Notes: a model not told the origin generated them from the letters alone. DNA of 64,000 nucleotides from Deltaproteobacteria bacterium (GCA_016219285.1 JACRNJ010000010.1:36089-100088); one strand, 5' to 3'. Positions 35,565 through 43,889 are shown, numbered from the stretch's first letter. Numbers and translations are program-made.

Positions 35565-35605
35565 ATTTTACATCAAAGGCATACCTGATAATGTGATAAA
35601 TATCA
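35565..35605 (-). promoter_or_regulatory. Predicted class II FNR/CRP-family (DNR/NNR-type) dependent promoter
   Basis: TGAT-AAAT-ATCA at 35594-35605 (8 of 10 matches to TTGAT-N4-ATCAA). On the minus strand a TAAAAT -10 hexamer lies at 35570-35565, 29.5 nt from the box centre. That is the geometry of a box centred at -41.5. Confidence 0.5.
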
Positions 35606-35916
35606 TGTTTTAGGTTTTTAAGGCTTAAATCTGAAACAGCCAATTTTCCGTGCGATCACCTGCTTTTTCTCCCCTTAACACATAAATGGTGCTTACTTAA
35701 TTTACTTGGCAACAAAATAAATTGGCGGCGGTATGCCGCCAAAATGGCTGATTTGCGCCGTTTTTGATGGACGGTAAGATATTCACATTTTTCAAATACA
35801 AGCGCTATTGTCAAGAAATATCTAATATTTTTTTATTACATCTGCTTCACCAAGGGGATGGCATGATTATTGCTTCTTAATGAATAACAAATAACAGCGC
35901 AATTATTATCCCCTTT

Positions 35917-36306
35917 ATGAAGAGAAAGGCACATTACTCTGCAGAAAATAAATGTGTAGGGCTTTTGAGAAGGCTTCGGTGGCCCAGCGGGGTGAAATGC
36001 CCCAGATGTGATGGAGAGCATATTATAGGGGTTGGGCAGATGAGAACCTTTCCGGAACATAAACGTTATTACTGCTCCGGGTGTAGATATACCTTTTCCG
36101 ATACATCAATGACCCTGTTTCACGGCAGCAGGCTGCCTCTCAGCAAGTGGTTTGACGCTATCATCCTTGGGGCAAACGGCTCGTCAGCCATGGGTATTAA
36201 AAAAGAACTGCATATTACCTATAAGGCGGCATGGAGGATAAAGCATCTTATGGGTGAGGATTATCTTGTTCATGAGATAAGGCGAAGGTTGTTAAGAAAG
36301 GGTTAA
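35917..36306 (+). CDS. IS1595-family transposase N-terminal region only (zinc ribbon + HTH), no catalytic domain
   Basis: 129 aa. LRWPSGVKCPRCDG...YYCSGCRYTFSDTSMTLFHGSRLPLSKWF is the IS1595/ISXO2-like N-terminal pattern, and the DDE part is absent. The stop codon lies in the target duplication of the adjacent MITE. Confidence 0.6.
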   Translation: MKRKAHYSAENKCVGLLRRLRWPSGVKCPRCDGEHIIGVGQMRTFPEHKRYYCSGCRYTFSDTSMTLFHGSRLPLSKWFDAIILGANGSSAMGIKKELHITYKAAWRIKHLMGEDYLVHEIRRRLLRKG

Positions 36307-36392
36307 ACCCCGTTAGAAGCTAGCCTATAAAAAAACTGTTTGCTTCCAACAAGGACTTGTCTGTGGGAGGAAAAGTTTCTAACGGGGTTAAA
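36303..36392. mobile_element. 80-nt MITE with 14-bp TIRs, flanked by TTAAA direct repeats (intergenic copy)
   Basis: ttaaa-CCCCGTTAGAAGCT...AGTTTCTAACGGGG-ttaaa. Core 36308-36387. Confidence 0.8.
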
Positions 36393-36424
36393 TATAAAAG
36401 AAGGAGGTGAAATAATTATTTTCA

Positions 36425-36490
36425 TTTACGATTTACGAATTACGATTTAAGATTTTAAATTCCTCAATCTGAAATCGTAAATCTCAAATC
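36425..36490. repeat. Inverted heptamer-array hairpin (TACGATT-type) upstream of nirS
   Basis: tttacgatttacgaattacgatttaag ... ctgaaatcgtaaatctcaaatc. Confidence 0.65.
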
Positions 36491-36510
36491 ACAATAAGGA
36501 GGTTAAACAG

Positions 36511-38151
36511 ATGTTAGTTCAATACAAGAAAAGAGTAATGGCGGCAATTGAGAAAGTGGTAATGTCAGTAGTCTTGTCTGCTCTTATGATAATAGGCGCA
36601 GCTTACAATGCTCAGGCAAACCCAGACTTAACACCTGAGGAGCTTATGAAGGCAAAAGGCCTGTATTTTAACAGGTGTGCCGGATGTCATGGAACATTAA
36701 GAAAAGGCGCTACAGGACCTAATATTACCGATGTAAATCTAAAACAGAAGAATTACGACACAAACATAATAAAGGCATTTGTTACTAATGGAACCGGCGG
36801 CGGTATGCCGAGCTTCGGCAGTGACTTTTCTGCTGAGGATATAGAGCTTATAGCGAACTTCCTCCAACAGGCGCCTCCTGCCCCGCCAGAATTTTCACTG
36901 GCAGAGATGAAGGAGACATGGAGGCTTATAGTCCCGGAGGCTCAAAGACCAAAAAAACCTGAGCATAGCAGAAATTGGCAGAATTTTTTCGGCATTGTCC
37001 TGAGAGACGCTGGCAAGGTGGCTATACTTGATGGAGATACCAAGGAGCTTGTAAGTGTTGTAGATACAGGTTTTGCGGTGCACATACTCCGTTCCTCTGC
37101 GTCAGGCAGATACTTTTATTCCATAGGAAGGGACGGCAAGTCAACCATGATTGATTTATGGATGGCAAAACCTGACAAGGTGGCAGAGGTAAAGACATGC
37201 TATGATGCGAGAAGTATAGACTCCAGCAAATATAAAGGTAAAAAGGGGAATTTTGAAGATAAGCTGGCTATAGTTGGATGCTACTGGCCGCCTCATTTTG
37301 TGGTCATTGACGGTCAGACCCTGGAGCCTAAAAAAGTAGTAAGCACCAGGTCTTATTCATACGATACAAACGAATATATAGCTGAGGCGAGGGTTGCCGC
37401 AATTATTTCTGCGCATAAAGAGCCTGAGTGGATAATCAATATTAAAGAGGCCGGTTATATATGGGCCATTGACTATTCTGATATAAAGAACCTCAAGATT
37501 ACACAGGTAGAGACCGAAAGATTTCTGCACGATGGCGGGTGGGATGCAAGCAAGAGATATATCCAGATGGCAGCCAACATGAGAAACAAGATGGTAATTG
37601 TGGACAGCGAGACAAAGAAGCAGATTGCCCAGATAGAGACAGGCAATAAACCACATCCTGGCAGGGGCGCAAACTGGACAGACCCTGAATTTGGCCCGGT
37701 TACGGCTACGCCGCATCTCGGAGAAGGTCTGGTTGCTGCGTGGGGCAGTGATCCAAAAGGTCATGCTAAAAATGCGTGGAAGGTTGTAAGAAAGGTAGAA
37801 ACACTTGGCGGCGGCGGTCTGTTTGTAAAGACTCACCCAAAGGCAAAGCATGTGTGGGTTGACCATACCTTAAATCCTGATGACAAGATAAAGAGGAGCC
37901 TCTGTGTCTTTGACAAAAACGCCCCTGGCGAAAAGGCGCAGTGCTGGCAGGTCGCTGACCATGGCAGGGTTGTGCATCTTGAATACAACAAGGCAGGCAA
38001 TGAGGTATGGGTTGCTGTGTGGGATAAGGCGGGAGAGATTGTAATCTTTGATGATAAGACCCTGAAAGAGAAATCAAGGATTAAGGGAGATTGGCTTGTA
38101 ACGCCTACAGGCCATTTTAATGTCTATAATACAATGACGGATACTTACTAA
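36511..38151 (+). CDS. nirS: Cytochrome cd1 nitrite reductase
   Basis: 546 aa. Signal peptide, heme c site CAGCHG in the N-terminal domain, then a long d1 beta-propeller region. RBS aaggagg. Followed by heme d1 maturation genes. Confidence 0.88.
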   Translation: MLVQYKKRVMAAIEKVVMSVVLSALMIIGAAYNAQANPDLTPEELMKAKGLYFNRCAGCHGTLRKGATGPNITDVNLKQKNYDTNIIKAFVTNGTGGGMPSFGSDFSAEDIELIANFLQQAPPAPPEFSLAEMKETWRLIVPEAQRPKKPEHSRNWQNFFGIVLRDAGKVAILDGDTKELVSVVDTGFAVHILRSSASGRYFYSIGRDGKSTMIDLWMAKPDKVAEVKTCYDARSIDSSKYKGKKGNFEDKLAIVGCYWPPHFVVIDGQTLEPKKVVSTRSYSYDTNEYIAEARVAAIISAHKEPEWIINIKEAGYIWAIDYSDIKNLKITQVETERFLHDGGWDASKRYIQMAANMRNKMVIVDSETKKQIAQIETGNKPHPGRGANWTDPEFGPVTATPHLGEGLVAAWGSDPKGHAKNAWKVVRKVETLGGGGLFVKTHPKAKHVWVDHTLNPDDKIKRSLCVFDKNAPGEKAQCWQVADHGRVVHLEYNKAGNEVWVAVWDKAGEIVIFDDKTLKEKSRIKGDWLVTPTGHFNVYNTMTDTY

Positions 38152-38163
38152 AAATTAGGATAT

Positions 38164-38216
38164 GGGATGTGGGAAGTGGGATGTGGAAAAAATCGCGTCC
38201 CACAAACCACACATCC
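38164..38216. repeat. Inverted heptamer-array hairpin (GGGATGT-type)
   Basis: gggatgtgggaagtgggatgtgg ... tcccacaaaccacacatcc. A related arm lies at about 54485-54530. Confidence 0.65.
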
Positions 38217-38240
38217 AATAAATCAAACAAAGGAGAAAAC

Positions 38241-38786
38241 ATGAAAAGGATATTTTTATCAGCATTAGCAGCGGTAATGATTTTAGCAGTAATGACCGGC
38301 GGTAGTTTTGCGGCAGAAAAAAAGGGAGCAAAGGCAGCAGCTTCTGCAGAAAAGGCGCCCTCAAATTACTGGGACAAATGGACAAAGACAATATCCCTGG
38401 ATATATTTCCTGACTGCGGTGTGAATGTGCTCGGCGCAGGCGGGGATGACATATTACAGGCTACGGTGGATATCTACTGCGGTGTAAAGCCAGGCGGATA
38501 TGTAGGCTATGTCAATCCGAAAGTGCACGATATCTACAAGAAGAAGGGCAGCAAATATCCTGACGGTAAAACCGCTGTTCTTGTGTTTAAAAAGATTGGC
38601 GCTGCATTTACAACCGACCATAAAGACGGCCAGCCGATTTACGATGTCGTTGCCATTAAAGACGGCAAATCAATTGCATCAAAAGATGCAGGCCATCCAT
38701 TAAACCCACAAACCTGCGCTAAATGCCATGTCGGTTTTAAGGATGTATGCAAAAAGTTGGGTTATCTCTGCGGCAACAGGCTGTAA
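38241..38786 (+). CDS. Small secreted mono-heme c-type cytochrome, CxxCH near the C-terminus (beta-rich; P460 / c'-beta-like topology?)
   Basis: ATG 38241 after aggag. Signal peptide ...GGSFA-AE. Single CAKCH about 20 residues from the C-terminus. The body looks beta-strand rich. Confidence 0.5.
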   Translation: MKRIFLSALAAVMILAVMTGGSFAAEKKGAKAAASAEKAPSNYWDKWTKTISLDIFPDCGVNVLGAGGDDILQATVDIYCGVKPGGYVGYVNPKVHDIYKKKGSKYPDGKTAVLVFKKIGAAFTTDHKDGQPIYDVVAIKDGKSIASKDAGHPLNPQTCAKCHVGFKDVCKKLGYLCGNRL

Positions 38787-38788
38787 AT

Positions 38789-38843
38789 ACAGACTACAGA
38801 TTGCAGACTACAGACTGAAGTTTCTATAGTCTGTAGTCTGTGG
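38789..38843. repeat. Inverted heptamer-array hairpin (CAGACTA-type)
   Basis: acagactacagattgcagactacagactg ... tagtctgtagtctgtgg. Confidence 0.7.
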
Positions 38844-38861
38844 TTTAGCTAACAGGGACCC

Positions 38862-40385
38862 ATGAAGAAAAATTTTACTCTTATTGCTGCATTTATAATC
38901 TTTACAACCGGTCTTGCAATGGCTGATGATGGCAAAGGACTTTATATGAAACACTGCGCATCCTGCCACCATGTTGAAAGATATGGCCTAAAGGCCCCGG
39001 CCTTAATACCGGAAACCTTGAAGGCATATAAAAATGAGGAGCTTGCAAAGATTATAAAAGAGGGTCTTCCGGCAAGCCAGATGCCGCCGTTTAAAGAACT
39101 TTTGGCAGACGGCGATATTGATAAAATCATATCTTACATAACCCTGCCTCTGAGCAATGCCAGATGGACAAAGGAAGATATTGTAAAAAGCAGAGAGGTT
39201 TTTACAGAACCTGCGCATCAAAAACCAATATCCAATCTTGACTATGAAAATATCACACTGGTTGTAGAAAGCAGCAGAAGCATAACAGTTATGGATGGCA
39301 ATAATTTTAAATCATTAGATAAATTTCAGGCAGGGGCCATTCACGGCGGACCTAAATTCTCTTATTCGCTCCGTTACATATATGCCCCGACAAGGGACGG
39401 CGTAATAACAAAATACGACCTTTATACATTGAAAAAAATTGGAAGCGTAAAAACTGGCATAAATACGAGAAACATAGCCATCTCTGATGATGATAAATGG
39501 GTGGCTGCAGCCAACTACTTGCCCAGTAATATTGTATTTTTAAATGATGAATTAACCCCAACTTATGTTTTAGAAACCTCAGGAAAGATAGGAGGGATAT
39601 ACACTCTGATTTCAGAAAAAAAGTTTGTATGCGCTTTTAGGGATGTGCCAAATCTATGGCTCATAAATTATACAAAGGGTTTTGAAATAGAAAGTCTTGC
39701 CCTGCCTGAGCCATTTGAAGATATATCAATAAATCCATTTGAAGACATTATTATCGGCTCTTCAAGAAAAGGGACCAGAATTTATATTTACAGTTTAAAA
39801 CAAAGAAGGGTTGTAAACAACTTTGAAACAGACGGTATGCCGCACCTTGCCTCAGCCACATACTGGGTTGACCCCGTTAGAAGCTCGCCTATTGATAAGC
39901 AGTCTACTCTCAATACAAACTTGTCTCCGATTGAGAAAGCTTCTAACGGGGTTGACAAGGGTGTGCTTTACACCGCTATAAATCACCTGAAGAGGCCTGT
40001 TTTAACTATTCTGGATTTGAATAGCGGGAAGGTAGTTAAGGAGATTAGTCTTAATGGGGCAGGTTTTTTTGTAAGGACGCATCAGAATACGCCGTTTATC
40101 TGGGTTGATACAAATACAGATGCAATCCAGATTATAGACAAAGCCGCACTTCAGGTTGTAAAAACGCTTGTTCCATCAAAGGGTAAAAAGGCTATGCACA
40201 TTGAATTCACAAAGGACGGAAGATATGCAATGGCCAGCATTTATGAGGAAGAAGGATCCCTTGTAATCTATGATGCGGTTACCCTGACTGAGATAATGAG
40301 AATACCGCTCAGGAAACCTGCCGGCAAATATAATGCGTTGAACAAAACATATCCAAAGATACAGGCAAGAGGCGATGGGCTATAG
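38862..40385 (+). CDS. nirN: NirN-like heme d1 maturation protein (c-type heme domain + cd1 beta-propeller)
   Basis: 507 aa. Signal peptide, CASCHH heme c site, propeller domain homologous to the NirS d1 domain. Position between nirS and nirJ. Carries the 84-bp MITE insertion. Confidence 0.7.
   Translation: MKKNFTLIAAFIIFTTGLAMADDGKGLYMKHCASCHHVERYGLKAPALIPETLKAYKNEELAKIIKEGLPASQMPPFKELLADGDIDKIISYITLPLSNARWTKEDIVKSREVFTEPAHQKPISNLDYENITLVVESSRSITVMDGNNFKSLDKFQAGAIHGGPKFSYSLRYIYAPTRDGVITKYDLYTLKKIGSVKTGINTRNIAISDDDKWVAAANYLPSNIVFLNDELTPTYVLETSGKIGGIYTLISEKKFVCAFRDVPNLWLINYTKGFEIESLALPEPFEDISINPFEDIIIGSSRKGTRIYIYSLKQRRVVNNFETDGMPHLASATYWVDPVRSSPIDKQSTLNTNLSPIEKASNGVDKGVLYTAINHLKRPVLTILDLNSGKVVKEISLNGAGFFVRTHQNTPFIWVDTNTDAIQIIDKAALQVVKTLVPSKGKKAMHIEFTKDGRYAMASIYEEEGSLVIYDAVTLTEIMRIPLRKPAGKYNALNKTYPKIQARGDGL
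39868..39955. mobile_element. Same 80-nt MITE, in-frame copy inside nirN, flanked by TTGA direct repeats
   Basis: ttga-CCCCGTTAGAAGCT...AGCTTCTAACGGGG-ttga. Core 39872-39951. 80 + 4 = 84 nt = 28 codons, translated PVRSSPIDKQSTLNTNLSPIEKASNGVD. Confidence 0.8.
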
Positions 40386-40467
40386 GCAAGGGGTAAATAG
40401 TCGATTGTCGATTTTCGATTGTCGAATTTAAAATCGTAAATCGTAAATCAAAAAACGAGGTTTATCT

Positions 40468-41715
40468 ATGCTGGGCGTTACAAAACTTTTATGCGAAACC
40501 ATGACGACGGAGAGAGGTGTTGCCGGTAAAGGGCACGGTCACGGCGTATCTCCAAGGCTTCTCCAGTTTTCAGAAGTCAAGAGACCCATCGTTGTCTGGA
40601 ATATTACCAAGAGATGCAACTTGAGGTGTATTCACTGTTACTCCGATTCACTCAATCAGGATTATCAGGGTGAATTGATGACCGAAGAGGCAAAGCAGGT
40701 AATAGACGACCTGGCTGGTTTTGGGGCGCCTGTTATAATCTTTTCAGGCGGCGACCCGCTTTTGAGAAATGATATATTTGAAATTGCAAACTATGCAGGC
40801 TCAAAGGGCATAAGGTGCGCGCTATCCACAAATGGTGTTTTGATAGACAAGGCAACTGCAAAGGCGATTAAGGATGCAAACTTTGCCTATGTTGGTGTGA
40901 GTATAGACGGCATTGGTGAATTTAATGACAGGTTCAGGGGTATGATTGGCGCTTATAATATGGCATTAGAAGGCATACGAAACAGCAGAGACGCGGGTGT
41001 GAGGACAGGCCTGCGTCTTACCCTGAATAAGAGGACACTGCCTCAGCTTCCGGCCATATTTGATTTGGCAGAGGCGGAAAACATCCCCAGGGTTTATATA
41101 TCACATCTTGTATATGCAGGTCGTGGAAATAAAATTAAAAAGGATGATTTAAGCCATGAAGAGACAAGGAAGGCATTGGATTTCATATTTGAAAAGGCAA
41201 TTGAATTTCATCAAAAGGGATTAGAGAAGGATGTGCTTACAGGCAATAACGATGCAGATGGAGTTTATCTTTATCTCAAAGTAAAGAGAGAAGATGAAGC
41301 AAAGGCTGAAAAGATTTACAAGCTTTTAAAGATGAGGGGAGGGAACAGCTCAGGCACTGCCATTGGCTGTATTGATAATATAGGCAATGTGCATGCAGAC
41401 CAGTTTTGGAGCCGCTACTCATTTGGCAATGTGAAAGAGAAAACCTTTAGCCAGATATGGACAGACACAAAAGACCCTGTCATGTGCGGGCTTAAGAATA
41501 AAAAAGAGTCTGTAAGGGGCAGGTGCGGCCACTGTTCATATCTTGATATATGCGGTGGAAACTATAGGGTGAGGGCAGAGGCAATATATGGAGATGTATG
41601 GGCAGAAGACCCTGCTTGCTATTTGGCAGACGAGGAAATAGGGATAAAGAGGCAGGCAATAGGCAATGGGCAAGAGGCAATAGGAGAAGAGAAACGATAT
41701 GCAGAAATTGTATAA
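40468..41715 (+). CDS. nirJ: Heme d1 biosynthesis radical SAM protein NirJ
   Basis: 415 aa. CNLRCIHC radical SAM cluster motif, C-terminal Cys-rich auxiliary cluster region (CGHCSYLDICGG). The last ~25 residues are encoded by a GGCAATR heptamer array (41651-41684). Confidence 0.85.
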   Translation: MLGVTKLLCETMTTERGVAGKGHGHGVSPRLLQFSEVKRPIVVWNITKRCNLRCIHCYSDSLNQDYQGELMTEEAKQVIDDLAGFGAPVIIFSGGDPLLRNDIFEIANYAGSKGIRCALSTNGVLIDKATAKAIKDANFAYVGVSIDGIGEFNDRFRGMIGAYNMALEGIRNSRDAGVRTGLRLTLNKRTLPQLPAIFDLAEAENIPRVYISHLVYAGRGNKIKKDDLSHEETRKALDFIFEKAIEFHQKGLEKDVLTGNNDADGVYLYLKVKREDEAKAEKIYKLLKMRGGNSSGTAIGCIDNIGNVHADQFWSRYSFGNVKEKTFSQIWTDTKDPVMCGLKNKKESVRGRCGHCSYLDICGGNYRVRAEAIYGDVWAEDPACYLADEEIGIKRQAIGNGQEAIGEEKRYAEIV

Positions 41716-43006
41716 AAAAAATATTCAAGGTAGTTGCCGATTTATCGGCGTTTTTAAACCTGTCCCCGCAGGCTTTAAGCGTGGATACGCCCATAAATGG
41801 GCAGCTACAATTTTATTTGCATGTTTTAGCCTTTTAATATTCTCAAAGGCCATAGCATTTGCCGCAGACAAGGATGCTTACGGCACTGCCTCTTTAATGG
41901 TGATTGTTGAAAGAGAGGCAGGAAGTGTGATTGTTATTGATTCTTCAAGGCATAAATTATTAGGCCGGATTTCGAATCTTGGCAATCTCATACATGCTAC
42001 CGTCAAGTTTTCAAAGGATGCAAGGTTCGCCTATGTGATAGGCAGGGATGCATCCGTAAGCAAGATAGACCTGTTGAAATTAAAACTTGTGAAAAAGGTG
42101 AGGGCAGGGGATGACTCTGTAGGCGGCGTAATGACTCAGGACGGCAAATATGTCGCCCTAAGCAACTATGTGCCGGGCGAGGTCAGAATACTTGATGCGG
42201 AGACATTGGAAACAGTAAAGATAATTCCGGCAGAGAGAGAGTATCCTGACGGCAAAAAAATAGCGGCAAGGGTTGTCGGCCTGGTGGATGCGCCTGGAAA
42301 TCTCCTTGTATTTTCAATGATGGATAATGACGGAATATGGGTTGTAGATGCAGGCAAAAAGGATTTTCCAGTAACAAAGAAATTCTGGGATATTGGCGAA
42401 ACTCCCTATGACGGGCTTATAACCCCTGACGGCAGATATTATATCTCAGGCCTTTTAAACTCCAATTGGGTTGGACTTCTGGATATTTGGGATATGACAG
42501 AGGTTAAAAGGATTTCAACTATAAAGACGAAAGATGCGAGGGGGACAGGAGAAGATATTGTCCCTTTGTGGAAGATACCGCATCTAAAAGGATGGGCTAT
42601 TGCAGGCGATTACGCAGTGATTCCTGCTATTAAGAGAGAGGTGGCATTGGTTTACAATATAAGGGATTGGAGCATAATAAAGGAAGTGCCTCTGGTTGGC
42701 ACTGCGCTCTATACAGTTGCAGGCCCTGATGGAAGATATGTGTGGGTTGATTTGGTCGGAAAGAACGGAGACACAATTCAGGTTATAGACCTTAAAACCC
42801 TTGAGGTTGTAAAAACCTTTTCGCCGGGTAAAGGCGCAACCCATCCCCAGTTTACGCCAAAAGGCGATGCGGTTTATATATCGTTGATGGATGAATACAA
42901 GGTGGTGGTTTATAATCCGGTTACTTTTGAAAAGATAACAGAATTTCCGGCGGAAAAACCGTCAGGCATATTTTCAACAGAAAGGGCGCATAAGTTTGGC
43001 ATGTAA
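41699..43006 (+). CDS. nirF: NirF-like cd1 beta-propeller protein without heme c
   Basis: 435 aa. Signal-like segment AATILFACFSLLIFSKAIAFA, propeller homologous to the NirS/NirN d1 domains, no CxxCH. The N-terminal ~35 residues are encoded by a composite repeat element. Confidence 0.7.
   Translation: MQKLYKKNIQGSCRFIGVFKPVPAGFKRGYAHKWAATILFACFSLLIFSKAIAFAADKDAYGTASLMVIVEREAGSVIVIDSSRHKLLGRISNLGNLIHATVKFSKDARFAYVIGRDASVSKIDLLKLKLVKKVRAGDDSVGGVMTQDGKYVALSNYVPGEVRILDAETLETVKIIPAEREYPDGKKIAARVVGLVDAPGNLLVFSMMDNDGIWVVDAGKKDFPVTKKFWDIGETPYDGLITPDGRYYISGLLNSNWVGLLDIWDMTEVKRISTIKTKDARGTGEDIVPLWKIPHLKGWAIAGDYAVIPAIKREVALVYNIRDWSIIKEVPLVGTALYTVAGPDGRYVWVDLVGKNGDTIQVIDLKTLEVVKTFSPGKGATHPQFTPKGDAVYISLMDEYKVVVYNPVTFEKITEFPAEKPSGIFSTERAHKFGM
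41730..41808 (+). repeat. GTAG...CTAC composite element carrying a PAGFK hairpin module, inside the nirF 5' coding region
   Basis: GTAG-ttgccgatttatcggc-gtttttaaa-cctgtccccgcaggctttaagcgtgga-tacgcccataaatgggcag-CTAC. Confidence 0.8.
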
Positions 43007-43016
43007 AAGTGAAAAC

Positions 43017-43084
43017 GATTACATAGATTTTGAAATACGATTACACAGATTTAAAACAGTTTTATCTATGTAATCTGTTTTTTT
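43017..43084 (+). terminator. Terminator-like hairpin after the nir operon
   Basis: Perfect 12-bp stem gattacatagat (43017-43028) / atctatgtaatc (43064-43075), then tg and a T7 run. The loop is long (35 nt). Confidence 0.5.
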
Positions 43085-43202
43085 AACAGTCTTTCCTGAG
43101 ATAGCCGGGGCCGCTGTCTCATAGAAAGAGGGGAGGCTCTTTATAGAATACTCTATAGAGACCTCCCCTATTTATTTATAAGTCTATACGTTTACAATGA
43201 CT

Positions 43203-43396
43203 AAAAACCTATCTTTACCTTTGCCTTTTCGTCAAAATTCCCTCTCATTTCCTCGTTGCAGGCCATTACAAAATCAGCCATAGAAACCTCTTTATTGCCC
43301 CTTCTGACTGCCCTTGCAGCAGCATTTTGTATTATAACCGGCCTCCTGACAGGTCGTAATGCTCAGCGAGATGCTGGAGATTTACATCATCCGACA
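43203..43396 (-). pseudogene. Possible C-terminal remnant of an AAA+ (FtsH/Cdc48-type) ATPase gene
   Basis: The minus strand reads LSDDVNLQHLAEHYDLSGGRL, then after a frameshift IIQNAAARAVRRGNKEVSMADFVMACNEEMRGNFDEKAKVKIGF*. This resembles the AAA lid region (..G.SGAD..N..NEAAL.A.R.....V...DF..A). No Walker motifs remain. Confidence 0.3.
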
Positions 43397-43518
43397 GTTA
43401 AAACTTCTTTTTTCTTTTGTTTTATGCTATGTTGCACATGTTCTATGGTTCTCTTTTACCCACACTCTTTCACGATGAGCCAGTTTAACCTTAATATTAG
43501 CCTTAACCTGTATTTTAT

Positions 43519-43848
43519 ATGTCCAAACTTCTAGTCATTACATATCCGGATACATCTCTTGGTTTTAACCTTGCAGGCGTTGAGGTTAAGGAAACGGAAG
43601 AGGGTGGTGATATTACACCCATGCTGCTGGAAATTATACAGGCCGGCAATTACGGCCTTCTGGCTATAGAAGAAAAACTGCTGGCCAAGGTTGATGAAGG
43701 TATTCTAAAAAGGATTAGAAAGACAGGCATTCCTGTTATCGTTCCGATAAATACGCCAAAATCGTGGCATGGCGAAGCAGATATGGAATCGTATATAGCG
43801 CGGCTTATTAGAAGGGCGATTGGGTATCAGGTGAAGATCAAAAGGTAA
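43519..43848 (+). CDS. atpF: V/A-type ATP synthase subunit F
   Basis: 109 aa. LVITYPDTSLGFNLAGVEV ... YGLLAIEEKL ... IPVIVPI pattern typical of V-type subunit F. Confidence 0.75.
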   Translation: MSKLLVITYPDTSLGFNLAGVEVKETEEGGDITPMLLEIIQAGNYGLLAIEEKLLAKVDEGILKRIRKTGIPVIVPINTPKSWHGEADMESYIARLIRRAIGYQVKIKR

Positions 43849-43889
43849 TTCATGCTGAAAATGCCCATCTGCTGCGGTTTCTGCGTTCA

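Noticed and set aside
36307-36510. Search for an FNR/DNR box (TTGAT-N4-ATCAA) upstream of nirS
   Set aside because: No TGAT-N4-ATCA word is present. The region is occupied by the MITE and a heptamer-array hairpin. No regulatory site is claimed.
38241-38786. Firm annotation of the small cytochrome as cytochrome P460
   Set aside because: Only the C-terminal position of CxxCH and a beta-rich look support it. Residues after the heme motif do not resemble the P460 sequences I remember. It is kept as a hypothesis only.
43256-43534. 92-aa plus-strand ORF upstream of atpF
   Set aside because: It has no RBS and odd composition. It overlaps the more plausible minus-strand AAA relic and the atpF start.
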